From positions 24,933,730 through 24,997,729 of the forward strand of contig OZ316895.1 of the NCBI GenBank assembly GCA_973895155.1: a stretch of DNA of 64,000 nucleotides, in the 5' to 3' direction. Positions 13,286 through 26,411 of the stretch are shown piece after piece. This DNA is from Marsupella aquatica. Its lineage: Eukaryota > Plantae > Marchantiophyta. The translations under genes and the position numbers were made by a program. Position 1 is the first letter of the stretch, and each line of letters opens with the position of its first letter. Below the pieces are notes generated by a model, which was not told the DNA's origin, searched no databases, and saw only the letters and a program-made list of their open reading frames with translations.

Positions 13286-13693
13286 TAAACCCTAAACCCT
13301 AAACTTTCTACAGTAGTTGATTCTAAGTGTGTTAATTTATATATATAGTGCACGTTGCACATATTGGTGAGAGGCAGCCAGGGGTGAAGTCTCAATGTGT
13401 GATCACATGTAGGGTCTGTTGAGGGGAATCTAACATTTAGGATACTTAGACCAGTACTGTCAAAGAACTCACACTCCCCTGCTGTAAATTAAGCCGACAT
13501 TGCTCCAAAGCAGAGACAAACTTTCTAAGTTCATTGATCTACAAAACTCTCCCCACATTGAGACCTTACTAAAATAGAAAACGAGGAAGAAGTACATTTA
13601 AGAAAACTAAGGACCAATTTCCTGAAAAAGGCCAAACAAAGTACAATGGAGTAAAGCAAATTATAGAGATAAACTAAACCCTAAACCCTAAAC
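13286..13693. repeat. Two short interstitial plant telomere tracts TAAACCCTAAACCCTAAAC (13286-13304 and 13674-13693), both also in repeat copy 2
   Basis: Exact CCCTAAA units, the complement of the plant telomere repeat TTTAGGG. Confidence 0.85.
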
Positions 13694-13884
13694 TTTACCC
13701 TCAGCTTAAGTGATTTAGAAAGGAAATGCAAACACTATATATATTATCGGCGCATTACGGCCGTAGTGCAGCGGCTGTGTGGCTGTTTTGGAGGCCTGTA
13801 ACAAGTGTAGTGGCGGTCGTGAAGAAGATGGTGTGGTCGTGTGTATACAAGCATCTGGCCCGTTCATTTAAAATCCACGGCCAA

Positions 13885-14112
13885 CATTCATTGTTGACTT
13901 TCCATGCTAATATTTATTGTTACGATGGCTGATATTTATTGTTGACTTGTCGTGTCAAGGAGGTACTTTCCACGGCTAACATTTATTTTTGACTTTTCAC
14001 GGTTGATATTTATTGTTGGCTTGTCCTATCGAGGAGATACTTGTGGCGGATAAGCAGGTTGATATTTATTGTTGACTTGTCTTGTCGAGGAGATACTTGT
14101 GACATATAAGCA
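13885..14112. repeat. Short subterminal repeats, GATATTTATTGTTG(A/G)CTT, about 6 copies
   Basis: Units near 13889, 13909, 13932, 13980, 14005 and 14061, within 400 bp of the 13735/13736 junction. Confidence 0.8.
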
Positions 14113-14467
14113 GGAATGATGATTTGTATACATAATTATGTTAACCATATATTGTAAGAACTGGGATTTTCCATTGAAGATTGGATTGAATTGAAGTCCT
14201 TGCACATGATCTTGCCCATCTATCTCTTCTTATTGACAGTCCAGATTTTCTCTGAATTTCCCCTCTTTCTAGACTAAGTGTTGGCTTTTCTTTATCATCT
14301 TCCTTGTCCATCTTTTACAACTGACTGCCCAATGTGTCAGTCTGCCCTTGTTGTGGCTGTCTATACTCAGGGATCAAAGGTTCAAAGGTTTAGTGTTGAT
14401 TTTCCCTTTTGTGTTGGATTTTCTTTATCATCTTTCTTGTCCATCTTTTACAACATGGTTGTCTCTA

Positions 14468-15924
14468 TCCCAACAAACAACTTCCCCGGCAACTCCCAAC
14501 CCACAATGTCAACCCCCACCCACAACCAAACTCCAAACTCCTTCAACCTCCAACACATAACTCCCCAACTCCCTCAACCCCCAACATACAACTGTCTACC
14601 TACCCAACCCAAGACACAACTTCCAATCCTTGAACCCCCAACACCCAACTCTACAACAAATTAAATCCCCAACTCACTCAACCCCCAACACACAACTCTC
14701 AACCTACCCAACCCAAGACACAACTTCCCCTTGAACCCACAACCCCTTAATCCCCAACACACAACTCCCAACCCCCTCAGCCCCCCAACACTACACCAAA
14801 TTTTGTAACTCCAAACTTTCTCAACTCCCAACATAAATCTCTCAACCTACCCAACCCAAGACACAACTCCCCAAATGAATCCCTCAACCCCCAACACCCA
14901 ACTCTACAACAAATTAAATCCCTAACTCCAGACTTTCTCAACCCCCAACACATCTCCCCCAACCCATGCCACAACCCACAACCAAACTCCCCAACTCACT
15001 CAACTCCCAACACACAACTCTCAACCTACCCAACCCAAGACACAACTTCCCCTTGAACCCACAACCCCTCAATCCCCAACCCACGACTCCCCCAACCCAC
15101 AATGTCAACCCCCACCCACAACCAAACTCCAAACTCCTTCAACCGGTAAACACATAACTCCCCAACTCCCTTAACCCCCAACATACAACTATCTATCTAC
15201 CCAACCCAAGACACAACTTCCAATCCCTCAACCCCCAACACCCAACAATCCCCAACACCCCTCAATCCCCAACACACAACTCCCAACCCCCTCACACCCC
15301 AACACAACACCAAATTTTGTAACTCCAAACTGTGTTAACTCCCAACACAAATCTCTCAACCTACCCAACCCAAGACACAACTCCCCAAATGAATCCCTCA
15401 ACCCCCAACACCCAACTCTACAACAAATTAACTCCCTAACTCCAAACTTTCTCAACCCCCAACACATCTCCCCCAACCCATGCCACAACCCACATTTCCT
15501 AACCTAACCTACAACCAAACTCCCCAACTTACTCAACTCCCAACACAGAATTCTCAACCTACCCAACCCAAGACACAACTCCCCAAATGAATCCCTTAAC
15601 CCCCAACACCCAACTCTACAACAAATTAACTCCCTAACTCCAGACTTTCTCAACCCCCAACACATCTCCCCCAACCCATGCCACAACCCAAATTTCCTAA
15701 CCCAATCTGCAACCAAGCTCCCCAACATACAACTCTCAACCTACCCAACCCAAGACACAACTTCCCCTTGAACCCACAACCCCTCAATCCCCAACACACA
15801 ACTCCCAACCCCCTCAGCCCCAACACCACACCAAATTTTGTAACTCCAGTCTTTCTCAACTCCCAACATAAGACCCTAAACCCATGCCACAACCCACATT
15901 TCCTAACCCAATCTACAACCAAAC
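14468..15924 (+). repeat. C/A-rich higher-order repeat array (G-rich and G4-prone on the minus strand)
   Basis: Recurring blocks CTCTCAACCTACCCAACCCAAGACACAACT, CCCCAACACACAACTC and CCCCAACCCATGCCACAACCC. Almost no G on +. Confidence 0.95.
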
Positions 15925-16647
15925 ATTGATGTCCTTAGTTCAAGCATTTTGTCTTCATTAGATGGTAGAGTTGCCACATCACATTATACAGTGGTTGCCC
16001 ACATGTATCGCATTACACAGTGGTTGCAGCTAGTCACTTTGCAAATGTCGGCGGCAAGTTGAACTGCGATAATCTACCTTTGGGAATTGAACAGAATCAT
16101 TCTACAAGCTTCCAAGCCCCATAATATTTTGTCAGGTAAATTAAATAAAAGTAATCTATTGGGACAAGCTTTAATTCATGAAGGACATAATTCCTTAAAT
16201 TCTCTTAACAAATGCGAATATATGCATGGGATTATGATTTTGAATCTATATATGTATGCAAAATGCATTGGGCATGTAGCTGTCAGTTGTGCTCTGGGGG
16301 TTGACTGCATAGCTGGCCATGCAATGATTATCTATTTTTGTGCACACATTTATTAGCTTTACATTGATGTCTTCAGACTCCAAATCTTTACGGTTTTAGT
16401 TTATTACATTGCTCTGAATTTTTTACAGAGAACTGAACTCCAATAGACTACCTTGTAACATCATGATCAGAACTCAAGCGCAAGCTCAATTATAACTATG
16501 CTTGAGAGTTCAGTAGCTTGGTAGATACTAGAGACAAAGAACACTTGCATGAGCTTCCTGTAATCTATTCCTGCGCTTCTTGTAATCTATTCCCGATAGT
16601 ACATGGCGATTTATGGCACGAGCTTGTGACATTGATGTGTAGGATCG

Positions 16648-19600
16648 ATGGAGACAACCATTTTTCCATGTAGTGCGTGTGAGCAGATTTTTCAATCAGC
16701 AAGAGCAAGAGATGCTCACAAACGTTTTGAGCACAGGATGACGTTCAAATTCAAGCATTGCGATGGCACTGTGGAGATCCTCCACAAGTCTGAAAATGGG
16801 ATGTTCGCATGCCCCGATAATATGTGTTCTCAGTATTACACACGCGGCGATAGTCTTCGCCGACACTATGACACAATCCATGTTAATCAAGTCGAAAGAT
16901 TTGTTGATCCACACGACTTGGCGGTTAATGAAGGATTGTGCATTACACCAGATCATTCTGGTACACCAGAGATCTTGAGAAGTGTTAATCTCTGCGTTGT
17001 TCGTCATGAGGAATTGGTTTTCCTTGTATGTATAGAGTGTCATTCGGTACTCATATACAATGAAAATATCAATATCATTCATCATGTTCAAAAGCATCAA
17101 CGGGAGAAATCAAGGTGTCATCGAATAGCATCAGACTACGACAGTCATCAACTATTGAGGAGCTTACAACAGTTCTCTTTTACAAGCATGGATGATACAT
17201 CCATATTACCATATACAAGAGATCCACCAGCTGCATTGCTTTCTCCAGTACCAGGTGTTGTCATTCGACACGGCTTTTCTTGCAAACAATGCATCTACTA
17301 TTGTGGGGAGAAAAGGTCAATGTCCAATCATCGTTTGAGAAAACATCCTGAGTTGTCCTATGTCAATGTGAAGAGTGAATGCCAAGTTCAAATCCTCTCA
17401 GATCGTGTTATAGGCCTCAAATACTTCGGTGTTCAACATCACAATCTCAATCTCGATGGGGATGACTGTCACTTGCAATCTAAAAGTTTGAGGGCTATAA
17501 TCACAAAGGAGTTTGATGACCATTTTCAGTCTTTGCGGTTAGAACTTCTACCTCCAATTGCTGAGCTAACTCCATGGCTAGCACAGTCTAAATGGCATGA
17601 GCTTGCGGCCCAATTCATGCCAAAAGGGGTACCATTTTTGCAGGTGAAAGCACAGATGCTCCCACCACCAAAGCAGGGCAAATCTCCACTCTCATATGTC
17701 AGTCAAGTGGTGACTATCTACATGAACAATGTACAAGATTTGGTTCTTAAAGAGGTGGATTACAGATTGAGAAGACTAGTGGAGAAGACAAATATCAATG
17801 ATGATGTTGCAGTGGGATTCAATCAATTGAACTCAAAATCATCAAGGAGTAGGTACTGTGATATAATCACAGAATTCATTCTCTGCTTGCTTCGATCATC
17901 TTCTAATGAGCTTAGTTCGGACATTCATGTTTTTCAAACAAACAGAGAAGAAATGGAAATTGCTCTTCAAAAATTCATGAGTCAACTCAATGAATTAGAT
18001 GACAATTCTATTGACAATGTTGATTTAGCTGTTCTACATAATGTGTTGATTCATCTTTGGACTCCAAAGATGCCTGCAACACTTGAAGCAGGAAGAGCAG
18101 CGAACTGTATTTTCACTCGGTTTCTTATTTTACATTCACTCATAAAAGTTGGCCACAGTCCAGAAGCAGAAGAGTATTCATTTCGGCATGTTCGTCATCT
18201 TACACAACCAATGGCGATACTCAAATATTGGGCTAGGGTGACCATTTTGATGCACCTTGCACAATGTTTTTGGCATAAAAACCCAAGCACCATTCTTAAT
18301 GAAGAAGCTGATCGACTTCTTCAATATTTAAGTGACATAGCACTACCTACTCCATTTACTATTGTATCGCAATCTCTGCGCTTGGCAAATAGGATTACTG
18401 CAGGGACTCCAGTATGGCCAAGACTAGTACCATTGAATGCCAATAATACAGCATGTCTAGTTGATGGTGAATCTATTACAATCGACAATTTTCGAGATAT
18501 GGTGCATGCTATTATTCAAGAAGCCCACTCAATTTTAAATTGTGATGTGCTTCTTGGTCTCCGAACAGATTGGGTTGACAAATTACTTAAGGAGAGTCGT
18601 GCTATTTACGACGATGTCAACAACACAGAAGTTGGGTACAACTTTGTCATAGATCCTCGCAACCGGATTCTTCAGCAACATGGCCTCGATCTACTAACAC
18701 ACTTGTTTGTTGATCCTAAGATTAGAGGACACTTTATTCTCGGGCGGACAGATCGAAATGATGTCATTTGGAATGATATCACACTTTATAAGTGGATGAC
18801 TGCTTGCTCTGATTTACAAGAAAAATTGAATCTGCTTATACATTTCACTGCCGGTCTACCAGCAAGGGGCGAAGAGTACAACAGTTTCTTGATTCGCAAC
18901 ACAGCCACAAGCGAGAGGTCATTTTATTGGGCAACAGCAGGCCCAGATGATGATCCAACAACAAAATTGTTAGAGCATCATACAATAGCGCTCTTTCAAA
19001 CCTATCATAAAGGTGCAAATACAGGTGCTCCAATGAAACCACTTATACGGTTTCTTCCAAGTTCTTTAAGAACTCTGTTTCTGGTATACTTTTGTTTGGT
19101 GAGGCCTACACAATCTTATGTTGCACAGAAAATATGGGGAAAGGAGGTTGCCCGTAATTATGATGATTGTTGGTTCGTTGATATGGATAAAAAGCAAGAT
19201 GCACATGATCTTTCCAAGAGCATACACAACAATTTCTTTAAGCGTTGTGGAGTCACATTCGGGCTTTCAGAATACCGACACCTAGCAGCATTTTTTTCAG
19301 AAAAGATTCGAGACCAACGCACTCAAGATCTTGATGATATTGTAGATGTGGCAGGTGGACATACAACAGCTACAATGGGACATCATTATGCTCAAAGTGT
19401 AAAAGATTTAAGAGCTATTGATGGACATCTCTTGAGAGCATTCCGAATATTTACAGATAAGTGGCATGCATTGCTTAATCTTTCGGATAAGTCCCCAAGA
19501 TTGATTCATCTGGATAGCTCAACAACAGGTTGCAGGGAAGTCACACTAGATCCTTTTCCAAGAACCACTACTGTTCTACGTCCACGTCATGACATTGAGC

Positions 19601-21609
19601 TTGAAATTGATCATGTTCCAAGCAAGACAAGGGTTGTTTATTGCCCTGCCTATGGAGAACCATCAACATCAGTTGTGGGAGATGTTGATTCGGCACTGCA
19701 CATCTGTCACGACACAAGTATAAGAGCTTCCATAGCTCTACACAAGTTGGGTCACAAAAGGTGGAGGTCAACTGAACAAGCAATCTCTGTTGCTTTGGCT
19801 ATTGAAAACACTGTGGATTTTGTAACTGTACTTCCCACTGGAACAGGAAAGTCATTGATTTTCATGGCCCCTTCCACATTGATGGACAAAACAGTGATTG
19901 TGGTAGTCCCATTCAAATCTCTCATATCGGGTCACTTATCTGAATGCAGAAAAGCAGGAATTGGTCACACTGTGTTCACAAGTGGATTTGCACTCGGGAT
20001 AGGAGTAACACCTGCAATTGTTTTTGTATCTATCGAGACTGCAGCTGATTCAGATACATTTGGTGTCTTTGCAAACCACTTGCAAGCTACACAAAGATTG
20101 CATTCGATTGTTTTTGATGAGATTCATACACTACAGTGTCATTTCCGTCCAAAAATGAGAAATCTGATTTCTCTAATGAAAGTTCCTTGTCAAATTATAG
20201 GATTAACAGCGACATTACCACCCACACAACAATCTGATATCGAACTGACTTTGGGTTCAAGATTACATTGGGTTCGTTCTTCTACTGTTAGGCCAAACAT
20301 CCGATACATGGTTGTGGAAGTGCCTGACATGGATGGAGAAATAGTTAGACAGCTTCAAGATTGGAAGAGATCTAGCCTGGTTCATGACCGGGCCATTGTC
20401 TATTGCCTAACAAGAGATGAAGTCCAAGAGATGGCAAAGCTACTCGAAGCCAGGAACTTGTGCTGTACATTTTTGCATGCAGGATGTAGCACAGCAGACA
20501 CCGTGAAAACCTTGAAGAAGTGGGAGTCGAAGGGTTGTGAAATCATGGTGGCAACTGGGGTCATTGGTTCTGGCTATAATTACAAGTCAATCAGACTTGT
20601 AATTCACAGAGGTAATTTCAGGTCCTTTGAGCAATTTCATTAGGAATCTGGCCGAGCTGGGCGTGATGGTTTATTAGCAATAAGCACTGTTGTTTCTAAC
20701 TCCAGCTACCGCAATGAGGCCTTGAGGATGGACTCCAACTTCAAGATTCCAAACAAATGGATTGAGGAGACAAAAATGTGTCGTCGCTTTGCACTACATG
20801 CTAGCGTTGATGGTAAGCCACAGATGTGTTACCTCATCCCGGATGCAATTCCTTGTGACATATGCTCCCAAGCAGCAGACAATCAGGAACTACCAATGGA
20901 ATATGAGGCCGAAGAATTATCACAAGCTAGGTCAGAAGTGGTTGAAATTGTATCTCAGGGGAGCATCTCCCAAAACATACAAGGAGGACAGAGTGTTAGG
21001 GTTACAGCACCAGGTGAAAGAACAACACCAGCATCATCACTCGGATCATCCCAAGGCAAAGGAACCACAACCACGGTTGTGGCAAGAGCTCGACCAACAC
21101 TCATCAAACAAAGAATTGACGAAGCCATGAATAAGATTTGTATCATCCGTAAATTTGCTGGGGATAGGAAAAAGTGCTTGATGTGTTGGAGTCCCCTCTC
21201 AAAGAGTGTTCCTCATGGTATTTTGCAATGTCCTTATGTACGGGGACGATGTGTGAAGTGTCTAGGAACACACAACCGTGCAAATTGCGATAACAAGTTT
21301 CCTTCTCGACCAGACACTTGTTTCAAGTGTCACTTCCCACACCAGCCTAGTGGGATGAGATTTCATGAAGGGCTGTATGGAGATCAGTGTGAAGATGAAT
21401 CAGGAGAGAGATTGCGGCTTTTTGTGTGGAAGGCATGGCGATTTGATAACATACAGAGCGATTTATTCCGAGCAATTCCTGAAATCAAAGGGAAAAGTGA
21501 CCAGGAGCTGTGTGAATGGGTTGTGTCTACAAGTCCTGAGGCTCTGGGCAACAATTTTATGCGTCTTGTAGCAACCATTGTGAGGATCAAGTATCCTGAA
21601 TTTCGGTGA
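16648..21609 (+). pseudogene. Zn-finger (C2H2, DUF3505/OrsD-like) + tyrosine-recombinase-like + RecQ helicase + RQC/Zn-knuckle fusion, ~1653 aa, one premature TAG at 20641-20643
   Basis: N-terminal CxxC..HxxxxH fingers. YR-like motifs HFTAGLPARGEE (R740), YHK (K788), SEYRH (R877), GGH (H905) and HHYA (Y914). RecQ motifs LPTGTGKS, VVVPFKSL, DEIH, LTATLP, RPNI, IVYCLTR and VATG. Motif VI reads H*ESGRAGRDG (CAG>TAG) and the same frame continues through CRR..C..CDIC to the stop at 21609. Confidence 0.9.
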
Positions 21610-22803
21610 TCAATCAGAGAATTGAGAAGAATTCTTATAGAGGCCGGACAGTGTGGTAAATTACTTGGAAGATTTCAAAAGTGAAGTTCAGGAGATGAAG
21701 GGTGAAATGAATATCAGACTACTTAGATGGAAGTATGGTGTTCGGTGGGAAAGTTTCAGGGGAGAGATCCATACTTTAGCTTCGGTTTCTTAATGTAGAT
21801 CACATTGGCATGCAGGTCAGCTCTCTCTAGCTGTTTGAAGTTTAAATAGGATATGCTTTGTTAGACCCAGATTATTTCCTACTCCTATTTTGTGACTTAG
21901 GAGTCAGTTTGGGGCAAAGCTATTTCTTGTTAACTTTACGTGGGATGATCAAGTTGAGTAAAGTATTCAAAATTCATCATGGTATTAGAGAGCTTGTTTC
22001 ATGCATCTTGCCTTGGCAGGCCTGTGAAAACTAAATCACTGAGTTTATTTCTCTGCTCCGTTCCCCCCCCCCCCCCCCTCTCGGTGCTTTGATGTGCAGT
22101 ATTCATTCTCCACCCTAAACTTTGTCTTGTCCTTCTTCTCACTGGTCGAGGAGAGAGGCCCCAAGGGGGGCAGAAGTAGTCTTCAATCTTTGTTCCCACT
22201 TTTCAAAAAGGGTCCCAAATGGAGCTAGAGAGTGCAAGGGCTGACAGAGGTTGGGAATATAGAAGGGTTGTGAAATCATGGTGGCAACTGGGGTCTACAT
22301 GCTAAGTTTTATGGTCTCAGACAGAGGGAGGGACCGACTAGAAGTCACAAATGTGGAAGTGGTGATTGTGATACTTGCTGCCTAGCTAGACCTGTCAGCA
22401 CAATCGAATGTTACAAGGGGCGAAGTGTGCTAGTGTGAGAGATATCAGGATTGAGAATGACTGGTTGTCTCATTAGAGAATAGGTTTGTGTGGTGATCGA
22501 TTTGTGGGATTCCGCAATCAATGAAGCTTCAGCTTTCTTCATCGTTGCTCTCTTACAATTGTGCACGCATGTGCATGACCTATATTGCAGTCCTGTTCTG
22601 ACATCCCAAGTTGAACGAGCCAGAATTACTTCTTCACGGGTTAACGAGTTCACAGTAGTGGGGTTGCTGCACTGTCTGGCTCCTTCCAATTAAGGATGTC
22701 AATGTATGTAACGGTAGAGGATCATCGTTAGGTGCCGGTACGTACGTGCTGCAGGTGCCAGAACTACTTGTAAGCAGACGACAATCTGTTTGCAGCCAGA
22801 AAA

Positions 22804-24101
22804 ATGGCAGATCATTCGAACGACCAGATGGCAGGAAGAGCAAAACTGCAAGCCAAGGACCATTATGTGTTGGGGAACGATACCCGTGTTCCAACTGACG
22901 TTCCTCCTGCTGCAGCAAAACATCCGTCATTGAGCCAGCGATTTGAGAATTCTCCCCTTGACCAGACCGTCGATATGCCTCTCGCAGACGAACAACCAGG
23001 GTGTGGATATTTGGGATCCTTGAAATTGCCATATACATGTCTTATGCGAAAGGTAAGTTCCTACTACCGGTTGCACACTGATAAATTTCATCTCTGTACT
23101 ATGCTAGCTTGTTTTTGTAGTAGCATAGTTTCTCAAGATCTCTCATCTTTTTGGCAATTACCACATCTTGGAACCTCTTCCTCGCACATTAATCTTTTTT
23201 GGCTTGCATGCTGCATTGAAAGCACTCGCTCCGAACTTCTCGGTGAGGACTACTACAGGCTTTTTTAAAAGTTTCAAATGAATGTCATGGACCCCTCTAC
23301 CCAGTCCTCACATAAGTCCTTGTAATTAATCCCGATTAATACTTGGGAGCTTGTGATACTGTCCGCAGTATTGCTGTTGGGAAGCTAAATAACATTCCTT
23401 TGAAGCTTATACGAACGAAATGAATCTGAACGTAGACATCCTCAATGGGGTCAATGCAATAAGTGAGTGAAGACCACATCCCTTGAGGAGAACAATGCCA
23501 ACGGCCAATCTCACCAGCTAACCAGGAGAAATCCTTGTATTGAAGCAGGTTGGAGCAGAAATCATTGCTACTTTCATCCTGGTGTTCACTGATTGTGGAT
23601 CTGCGGTAGTGGATGCGAAGCTCGATCAATGGAGCCGTGACGCATGTGGGCATGTCTTTATCTTTTGGGATTGTTGTCATGAACATGATATATGCAGTGG
23701 GTCACATTTCAGGTGCACACTTGAATCCTTCGGTCACCGTTGCCTTTGCAACTGTGCGGCATTTTCCCTGGAAAGATGTGAGTGCTTTTGCCAGAATGCT
23801 TGCCTAGATAAGCAATCTTTCCATCAAGCATATTCTTTAGTGGAAGTTGGGTACGGGGTCGTAGAGGATCGAGATCAAGTCAAATCAACAACAGATGATG
23901 GATTGCACTAAACCCAGGGGTCAATTGCAATGCTGTACACCACAGGTGCCATTCTGCATTGGCGGTCAAATAGCGGTTGGAATCTGTGCAGGGTATTGTC
24001 TCAGGCTATCTTCAGGGATCATGGGCATCTCGGGGCCATTCTACCCGCTGGTAAAGACAGGCAATCCTTCATTCTGGAGATCATCACCGACTTCATCCTT
24101 A
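22804..24101 (+). pseudogene. NIP-type aquaporin, first three exons only, frameshifted and truncated
   Basis: Exon 1 22804-23052 (..LMRK|GTAAGT). Exon 2 23549-23777 (VGAEIIATFILVF..IYAVGHISGAHLNPSVTVAFATVRHFPWKD|GTGAG) with a frameshift near 23620. Exon 3 from 23946 (VPFCIGGQ..QSFILEIITDFIL). No second NPA box. Confidence 0.9.
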
Positions 24102-26411
24102 AGCCTGCTTTGTCTCAGCCGCAGTGCCCAGAGCAAGGGTCTATGATCTAGAGTCTCAAACTACGTACCCTTTGTTTCTGTTTCATTTGAACATGTAGGC
24201 TATCCAAAAAGGAGACTTTTGCGTTCAAGATCAACTAATCTAGGAATATATATATTGCGCTTCAGTTGCTGTGTCAGGAGAGCAAATTCAATTGTAATCT
24301 CCTTGAAACAGACATTCACAACAGTACCAAAATAAATGATGACCCTAAACTTGTGACTTGTCAGGTTTTGACGGCATGAATGGTTTCTTCAGCAGAATAC
24401 CAGATCTGTAGAGCAATTGGGGTTGCCACATTCACCTCAATACATAAACTTTCAATCGTCTTCGTGAAACAACCGTCAAAGGTGAATCAAACCATTGATG
24501 ATCACGCATTGAGAGAGAACAAAACCAAACCTCAGAATAAAATATATGATAGTCAAAATTGACTCTGTTTTTGTCAAAGAATTAAGCGAGAGACCATTTG
24601 CAACGCTCTCTTTGTGCTTGTCTAATGCAAATAAGCTCGTAACAATTGAAGCATATGATAACCGTCTAAATCCTCTATTAACTAATAACATTACTCTACT
24701 TTGCCCCCACGGAACCAAGCGATTTTCCAGCTCACATTGGACCAGGCTCAAAATACTCTTGAGGACTCTGTGTTGTATCTTGCTTCACCTATAATTCACC
24801 AAAGAGTGAAACAATTTTGAGAGCATTAAGAGACGACAGCCCCCGGCCCCTGTCCGACAGTCCAACCTCTCGGGGCTATTTTCATCTGGTTTACAATCTG
24901 TGCTGACCAAATCAGGTACATTCACAGTAAACTTCTTTTCTTCAGACTTTGCAGAGCGTATTCACCATCAAAGCTCGGTTCGAGTTCAATGCCATAGTGG
25001 TTCCACACATCATTGATTTTTGGGGGGTCTTGTGTCGGTCCAGATATCGAATGAGATTATAGTGAAGGGCCCAATGGGCCTGCTCACTAGGGAGAGTTGT
25101 CTAGAGAATGGAACAAATGCAGCGAGGGAGCCAACCAGAGCTCCGTAGACATCGACGAGGAACCGTGGATGTCTCTGCCAAAATTTACTACCACTCTGCC
25201 CACGCTACAGTCGTGGAGACGGCAAGACCCTTGAGGTGAGCATTCACTTGTTTTTCACAAGAAGAGATTGACACTTGGCTTCTGGTTGGTAGTTATGGAG
25301 CCTGTTATCAAATTGAAGAGTTAACCCTGATCAAATGAAATTGGTGCAATCGAAATGATATGACGGACTTTTGGTTTGTGATGTTCCTGCGGCTTATGCC
25401 AAATGTGCGCCCCGTTCAGGAGATCAACACACAGCACATCTACTACCCGGGAGGCATGGATGACACTAACAAACAGTGACCCTAAGGAGAGCTCTTGTGC
25501 TGCAAAACATGTAGCATCAAATATGGATTGACAGTAGTCGACCGGTAATAAAGAAGCAGTAATCATAGTACAGAGTATGTCTCCTTTTTCTCTAAACATC
25601 TGGGTTGATCGTCTCGATGCTTCTTCAACTGAGAACGGCCATGGATGGAGAGCAGTAAAGCACAGGATAGGGCAGCGCAGAGTTGATGCTTATTTTGTTC
25701 CTAAAAACAACGTTGATTTACAACCATGACGTTGGACATTGTCTTTGATTTGCAATTCTGACAATTTCTAATGTGTTTTCTATGGTCATAGCCCATTCAT
25801 AGCCTGCTGCATCACAGGCTTTTAATTGAGAAGGAGAGTTTTAATGTCCCTGCTTGGACTGAGGATGGTCTAATTATGAGCATCAGACACCTGAAATACA
25901 AACACATCCCGAAACTTGCCCTACTTCTCCTTGGTTTAAATCTCCCTAAACCCCTTCAAGCCCTCCACCAAAGGTCTTCAAACCCTCCACCCAAGGTCAT
26001 GGAAAGTTTGTAGCATTAACTAGCCAATTAACCTATTTGGACTGTAGAGTTGGCATTTGGGCTGCATATATAGTTGGTGCCTGAGTAGGCTGACCCAATA
26101 AAGGCCTCTGGCTACGCAAATTATCTACATAAGGTGGGATAATTTTGATTTATTTGGGTGTGTTAGTTTTGCCTTATAGATTTTACCTACTCTACCCTAG
26201 GCCTATTAACTTCTAGAGCTATAAGAGTTGTAAATTATTTTCTAAAGTAAGTCAATATACATAAAGATTTTGTCAAACATAAGTATTTATATTACAATTA
26301 CAATCCTAAACTAAATTGGTCCAAATATTAAATACATATTTAATAAATTTCATAATTGTTTCTAAAAAGATACATTAAAGTTTGTTTCATGATACCTGAA
26401 ACATATCTAAT

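Larger units (their letters stand above)
6357..13735 (+). repeat. Long direct repeat, copy 1 (7379 bp)
   Basis: Colinear with 53998-61342 from TGTATATATCTTCTCTGCACAG to GGAAATGCAAACAC. The ORF track is duplicated. About 30 differences by eye, including a 35-bp and a 5-bp indel. Confidence 0.97.

Noticed and set aside
14278-15929. Pro/Gln/Asn-rich and Gly/Trp/Cys-rich ORFs over the C-rich array (also 53699-54028)
   Set aside because: Open frames arise from base skew in all frames on both strands, with no protein-family signal.
16648-21609. An ordinary host RECQ gene, a Helitron Rep/Hel, or a classic Starship DUF3435 captain
   Set aside because: The gene is intronless with zinc-finger and YR regions absent from plant RECQs. 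The helicase is SF2 DExH rather than PIF1, no HUH motif was seen, and Starship captains are not RecQ fusions.
20722-21609. A separate 295-aa gene
   Set aside because: It is in the same frame as the upstream ORF and motif VI spans the single TAG, so it is the C-terminus of the fusion.
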